64,000 nucleotides of DNA from Acidobacteriota bacterium. GTDB lineage: Bacteria > Acidobacteriota > UBA6911 > RPQK01 > JAJDTT01. This document shows positions 60,500-64,000 of this stretch, piece by piece; positions within the stretch are counted from its first letter, which is position 1, and every line of letters starts with the position of its first letter. Position numbers and translations under genes: made by a program. A model generated the notes under the pieces. That model had not been told where the DNA came from and did no database searches. It worked only from the letters and a program-made list of their open reading frames with translations. The stretch lies in assembly GCA_965209055.1 (NCBI GenBank), contig OZ242374.1, positions 4,672,001 through 4,736,000 on the forward strand, given 5' to 3'.

Positions 60500-61339
60500 A
60501 TGCAAGCTACACGAAATATGCTCTCGCTGGCGGCCGGTCTGGCTTTCTCCGTCCAGCTCGGATCGTGCGGGACTGCTCCATCTGATCAGACTCCCCAGCC
60601 TCCCGAACCGGAGGCCGTCGCCGGCTGGCGGATGGTCGACCTCACTCACGCTTACGGCGGGGACACGCTCTACTGGCCCACCGACACCACCGGATTCCGG
60701 CTTGAGACGCTTGCCGAGGGACAGACGCCCGGAGGCTACTTCTACGCCGCCAGGAAATTCGCGACCGCGGAGCATGGCGGAACGCACCTCGATGCGCCCT
60801 TCCACTTCGCCAAGGGAGGCGCCACTGCAGAATCGATTCCCTTGGAGCGACTCATCCTCCCGGGGATCGTCATTGACGTCACCGCGGCGGCGGCGGCCGA
60901 TCCGGACTATCTGGTCACGCCGGCAGACATCACGGGGTGGGAGGAGAACCACGGCCGCGTGCCGGAGGGGTCGGCCGTACTGATCCGGACCGGTTGGGCC
61001 GCCCGCTGGCCTGACGCCCTCGCCTACCTCGGCGACGACACACCCGGCGAGACCGGAAACCTGCACTTTCCCGGGATCGGTGAAGCGGCGGCCCGTCTGC
61101 TGGTGCAGGAACGCGCCGTCGGGCTGCTGGGCATCGACACCGCCAGCGTGGACTACGGTCAGTCCACCGACTTCATCGTCCACCAGGTCGGGGCCGCCGC
61201 CGATGTGCCGAATCTGGAGAACGTTGCCGACCTGTCGGCATTGCCACCCCTTGGGTTCCTGCTCGCGGCGTTGCCGATGAAGATCGAAGGCGGCACCGGC
61301 GCGCCGGTGCGGATCGTCGCGCTGATCCCGCCGCGTTGA
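60500..61339 (+). CDS. Cyclase / kynurenine formamidase-like metal hydrolase, exported
   Basis: EHGGTHLDAPFHF, LIRTGW, HFPG, GIDTASVD, LENV, GGTGAPVR. Confidence 0.9.
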   Translation: MQATRNMLSLAAGLAFSVQLGSCGTAPSDQTPQPPEPEAVAGWRMVDLTHAYGGDTLYWPTDTTGFRLETLAEGQTPGGYFYAARKFATAEHGGTHLDAPFHFAKGGATAESIPLERLILPGIVIDVTAAAAADPDYLVTPADITGWEENHGRVPEGSAVLIRTGWAARWPDALAYLGDDTPGETGNLHFPGIGEAAARLLVQERAVGLLGIDTASVDYGQSTDFIVHQVGAAADVPNLENVADLSALPPLGFLLAALPMKIEGGTGAPVRIVALIPPR

Positions 61340-61391
61340 ACTACCGAAAGATGCGAGACAGAACATTTTTTCCTTGCAAAGGAGGACGAAC

Positions 61392-61775
61392 ATGAACGCA
61401 CAACGCTTGAATCCCCCGTCTCTGCCGACGCCGGCAGCCGCGTATTCCCAGGTGGTCCGGAAAGGGACGCTCGTGATCACGGCGGGACAGATCGCCTTCG
61501 ACGCCGACAGCAATCTGGTGGGCGAAGGCGATATCGAGGCCCAGACACGGCAGACACTCGAGAACCTGAAAACGGCCCTTGAGGCCGCTGGCGCCTCGTT
61601 GGACGACGTGATCAAGGTCACCGTCTTTTTGAGCGACATGGTCTATTACCAAGGCATGAACGCCGTCTTCAACGAGTATTTCGAGGGGCGCCCTCCCGCA
61701 CGCTCCACCGTCCAGTCGGGCCTGGTCCTCCCTTCCCTGCTGGTGGAGATCGAAGCCATCGCCGTGGTGGATTGA
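61392..61775 (+). CDS. RidA/YjgF family protein
   Basis: YSQVV, AGQI, KVTVFL, MNAVF, PPARSTV, VEIEAIA. Confidence 0.93.
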   Translation: MNAQRLNPPSLPTPAAAYSQVVRKGTLVITAGQIAFDADSNLVGEGDIEAQTRQTLENLKTALEAAGASLDDVIKVTVFLSDMVYYQGMNAVFNEYFEGRPPARSTVQSGLVLPSLLVEIEAIAVVD

Positions 61776-61785
61776 CGTCCGACAA

Positions 61786-63351
61786 ATGAACCTGTTCGAG
61801 AGCAGCGGCGGGCTGGCGCCCATCGACTGGATCATCATCGTCCTCTACGCCGCCGGGACGATTGTGCTGGGGAGCTACTTCACCCGCCGGCAGACCAATC
61901 TGGAGGAGTACTTCACCGGCGGCGGCCGCATGAACCCCAAGCTGATCGGGGTGTCGCTCATGGCCACCTCGCTCAGCACCATCGCCTATCTGGCCATTCC
62001 CGGCGAGGCCATCGCCAACGGGCCGGTGGGTCTGGCCAACCAGCTGGCGCAACCCTTCATGTTCCTGGTGGTCGGTTTCGTCCTCATTCCCTATTTCATG
62101 CGCACACGGGTCATCAGCGCCTACGAATTGCTGGAGGCCCGCCTGGGTCTGGGAGTCCGGATGCTGGGCGCCGCCATGTTTCTCGTTTTCCGGCTGGTCT
62201 GGATGTCGCTACTGGTCTTTCTGGGCGCCAACGCACTGGCCATCATGATGGGCCTGGACGAATCCTGGATTCCCTGGATCACCCTGATCACGGGAATGGT
62301 GGCCGTCACCTACACCTCCCTGGGCGGGCTCCGGGCCGTTGTCATCACCGACAGTTTCCAGACCATCTTCATGTTGGGAGGCGCCATCCTGGTGATCGGA
62401 CTGGTGAGCCATCGGTTGGATGGCTTCGGCTGGTTTCCCACCTCCTGGCAACCCCACTGGGACGAGCAACCCCTGTTCAGCTTCGACCCTTCCGTCCGGA
62501 TGAGCATCCTGGGCACGGCCTTCTCCACCTTCGTCCTGGCGACCTGCGGCCTGGGGGGCGACCAGACCAAGATCCAAAGACTGATGGCCACCGTTGACGC
62601 CCGGGCCGCCCGGCAGGCCTACCTGGTCAACCAGATCGTCGGCGTGACCATCGTTCTGGTCCTCTGGATTGTGGGATTCGCCCTGATGGGGCTGGTCCGG
62701 AGCCATCCGGACCTGCTGCCTGCCGGAATGGACATCGTCCGCAATGGTGACAGTCTGTTTCCCTACTTCATCGCCCACCTGTTGCCGCCCGGGATCTCGG
62801 GCCTGGTGGCGGCCGCCATGCTGGCCGCCGCCATGTCCAGCATCGATTCCGGAGTCAACTCCATCACCGCCGTCGTCAACCGCGACTTCCTGGACCGCTT
62901 CGGGTGGTTCCCGTCCGATCCGCGGACGCAGGCGCGCTGGGCCAAGATCCTGGCCTTCGTCATCGGCGCCGTCATCGTGGGGGGGAGTTCGTACATGGGC
63001 GCCGTCCCCGGGAACATCTATGCGGTGGCCAAGAAGACCTCCGGGTTGTTGATGACACCCATGTTCGGGCTCTTCTTCTTCGCCTTCTTCGTGCCCTTCG
63101 CCCGCCCCGCCGGTGTGGCTGCGGGCGCCGTCGCGGGCATCACCACGGCGGTCCTCCTGGCCTACTCGGGACCCATCTTCGGCATGCACCCGGTGACGGG
63201 CGAGGACCCGGTGAGCTTCATCTGGATCGCCCCGGGAGCCCTGGCCGTGAACTTGGCCGTGGGCCTCTCCGTCAGCTACGTTCTGCACGTTCGGCGGAAT
63301 CGGATCCCACGCCTTCCGGACGACGGCTCCGGCCGGTGCGGTGAGAATTGA
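61786..63351 (+). CDS. Sodium:solute symporter family transporter
   Basis: EEYFTGG, SAYELLEAR, YTSLGGLRAVVITD, AAMSSIDSGVNS. Confidence 0.92.
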   Translation: MNLFESSGGLAPIDWIIIVLYAAGTIVLGSYFTRRQTNLEEYFTGGGRMNPKLIGVSLMATSLSTIAYLAIPGEAIANGPVGLANQLAQPFMFLVVGFVLIPYFMRTRVISAYELLEARLGLGVRMLGAAMFLVFRLVWMSLLVFLGANALAIMMGLDESWIPWITLITGMVAVTYTSLGGLRAVVITDSFQTIFMLGGAILVIGLVSHRLDGFGWFPTSWQPHWDEQPLFSFDPSVRMSILGTAFSTFVLATCGLGGDQTKIQRLMATVDARAARQAYLVNQIVGVTIVLVLWIVGFALMGLVRSHPDLLPAGMDIVRNGDSLFPYFIAHLLPPGISGLVAAAMLAAAMSSIDSGVNSITAVVNRDFLDRFGWFPSDPRTQARWAKILAFVIGAVIVGGSSYMGAVPGNIYAVAKKTSGLLMTPMFGLFFFAFFVPFARPAGVAAGAVAGITTAVLLAYSGPIFGMHPVTGEDPVSFIWIAPGALAVNLAVGLSVSYVLHVRRNRIPRLPDDGSGRCGEN

Positions 63352-63369
63352 ACTCGCCGCGGAGGCGGC

Positions 63370-64000
63370 TCAGCTCCCCAGTCGGAAGGAATAGAACTTG
63401 GTGTTCCGGAACAGGAACCGGATCTTGACCTTGCGGTCTTTCAACGAGCTCAGATCCGATTGACCGCCCCAGCTCACGGTGTGAGCCAGGGCGTCGCTTC
63501 GGAGCGGATCGCAGCGGTCGGCCTCGAAGCCGGGAAGGGGCGAGCCGTTTTCGTCCAGCAGCTCGACTCGGACTTCTCCCTGGCCACCGGGATGTTGCAT
63601 CCAGCGGGATCCCTCGCGCCTCCAGACGGAAGGGTCGGAGGCGTCGGCGTTGACCACCAGACTCCCGCCCCGGCACCAGAGGGTCCGGGTCAGGACCTCC
63701 CCGGAATCGGCGCCGGCGTCCAGGGAGACGAACCCGTCGCGCCGGGCCACCGCCAGTCCGCCCGCGCCGCCGTGCAACGTCCAGGGCTGGGGCATCACTC
63801 CGTACCACCAGGCGGCCCCCCGACTTGGATATTCGGACAACGCCTCCTCGGTTCCGGGCGGCAGCGCGGCCGGCCGGTGGGCCAGGACCGACAGGTCTCC
63901 CGGCGTCAGCGAATGGGCCTCGTCCTGCCCCTGGTAGTAGACCCGGATCTCCTCCTCCAGGACCACCGGCGGACTGTAGACGTAGGCGGCGTGGGAATCG
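63370..64000 (-). CDS. C-terminal part of a putative beta-propeller glycoside hydrolase-like protein (continues outside window)
   Basis: IRVYYQG, RRDGFVSL, LVVNAD, GEVRVELLD..G.PLPGF, KFYSF. Confidence 0.6.
   Translation of the reverse strand, partial: DSHAAYVYSPPVVLEEEIRVYYQGQDEAHSLTPGDLSVLAHRPAALPPGTEEALSEYPSRGAAWWYGVMPQPWTLHGGAGGLAVARRDGFVSLDAGADSGEVLTRTLWCRGGSLVVNADASDPSVWRREGSRWMQHPGGQGEVRVELLDENGSPLPGFEADRCDPLRSDALAHTVSWGGQSDLSSLKDRKVKIRFLFRNTKFYSFRLGS

Overview
GC-rich chromosomal segment, most likely Acidobacteriota (five VWFA-related proteins and the conserved NYFNYFTE protein; this is inference). It is mostly housekeeping genes: ilvE, alaS, SLT/amidase, glycerate kinase, ggt, larE, rib genes, rluB-scpBA-trpS, ccsA-hemACD, gcvTH-PA-PB, comEC, coaX, purH, selA. 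Intergenic spaces carry about 15 short GGA(G/A)-headed REP-like hairpins, often as inverted doublets. The main finding is a ~10.6 kb integrative element (49841-60463). It encodes a tyrosine integrase, an excisionase, a three-gene HEPN-like module, a Type I R-M system, an orphan Phd antitoxin, a structured non-coding region and a lipoprotein. It is flanked by an 11-bp direct repeat, GATTGGAAATC, that is the centre of one REP hairpin. Removing the element restores a REP matching an intact copy at 17778-17800 at 22/23 nt. An 84%-identical orphan copy of the element's right end at 36528-36673 also ends in a REP arm. Together this points to a lambda-type integrase that uses a multi-copy REP, not a tRNA, as attB. 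All protein family calls are from motif recognition by eye; no database searches were run.
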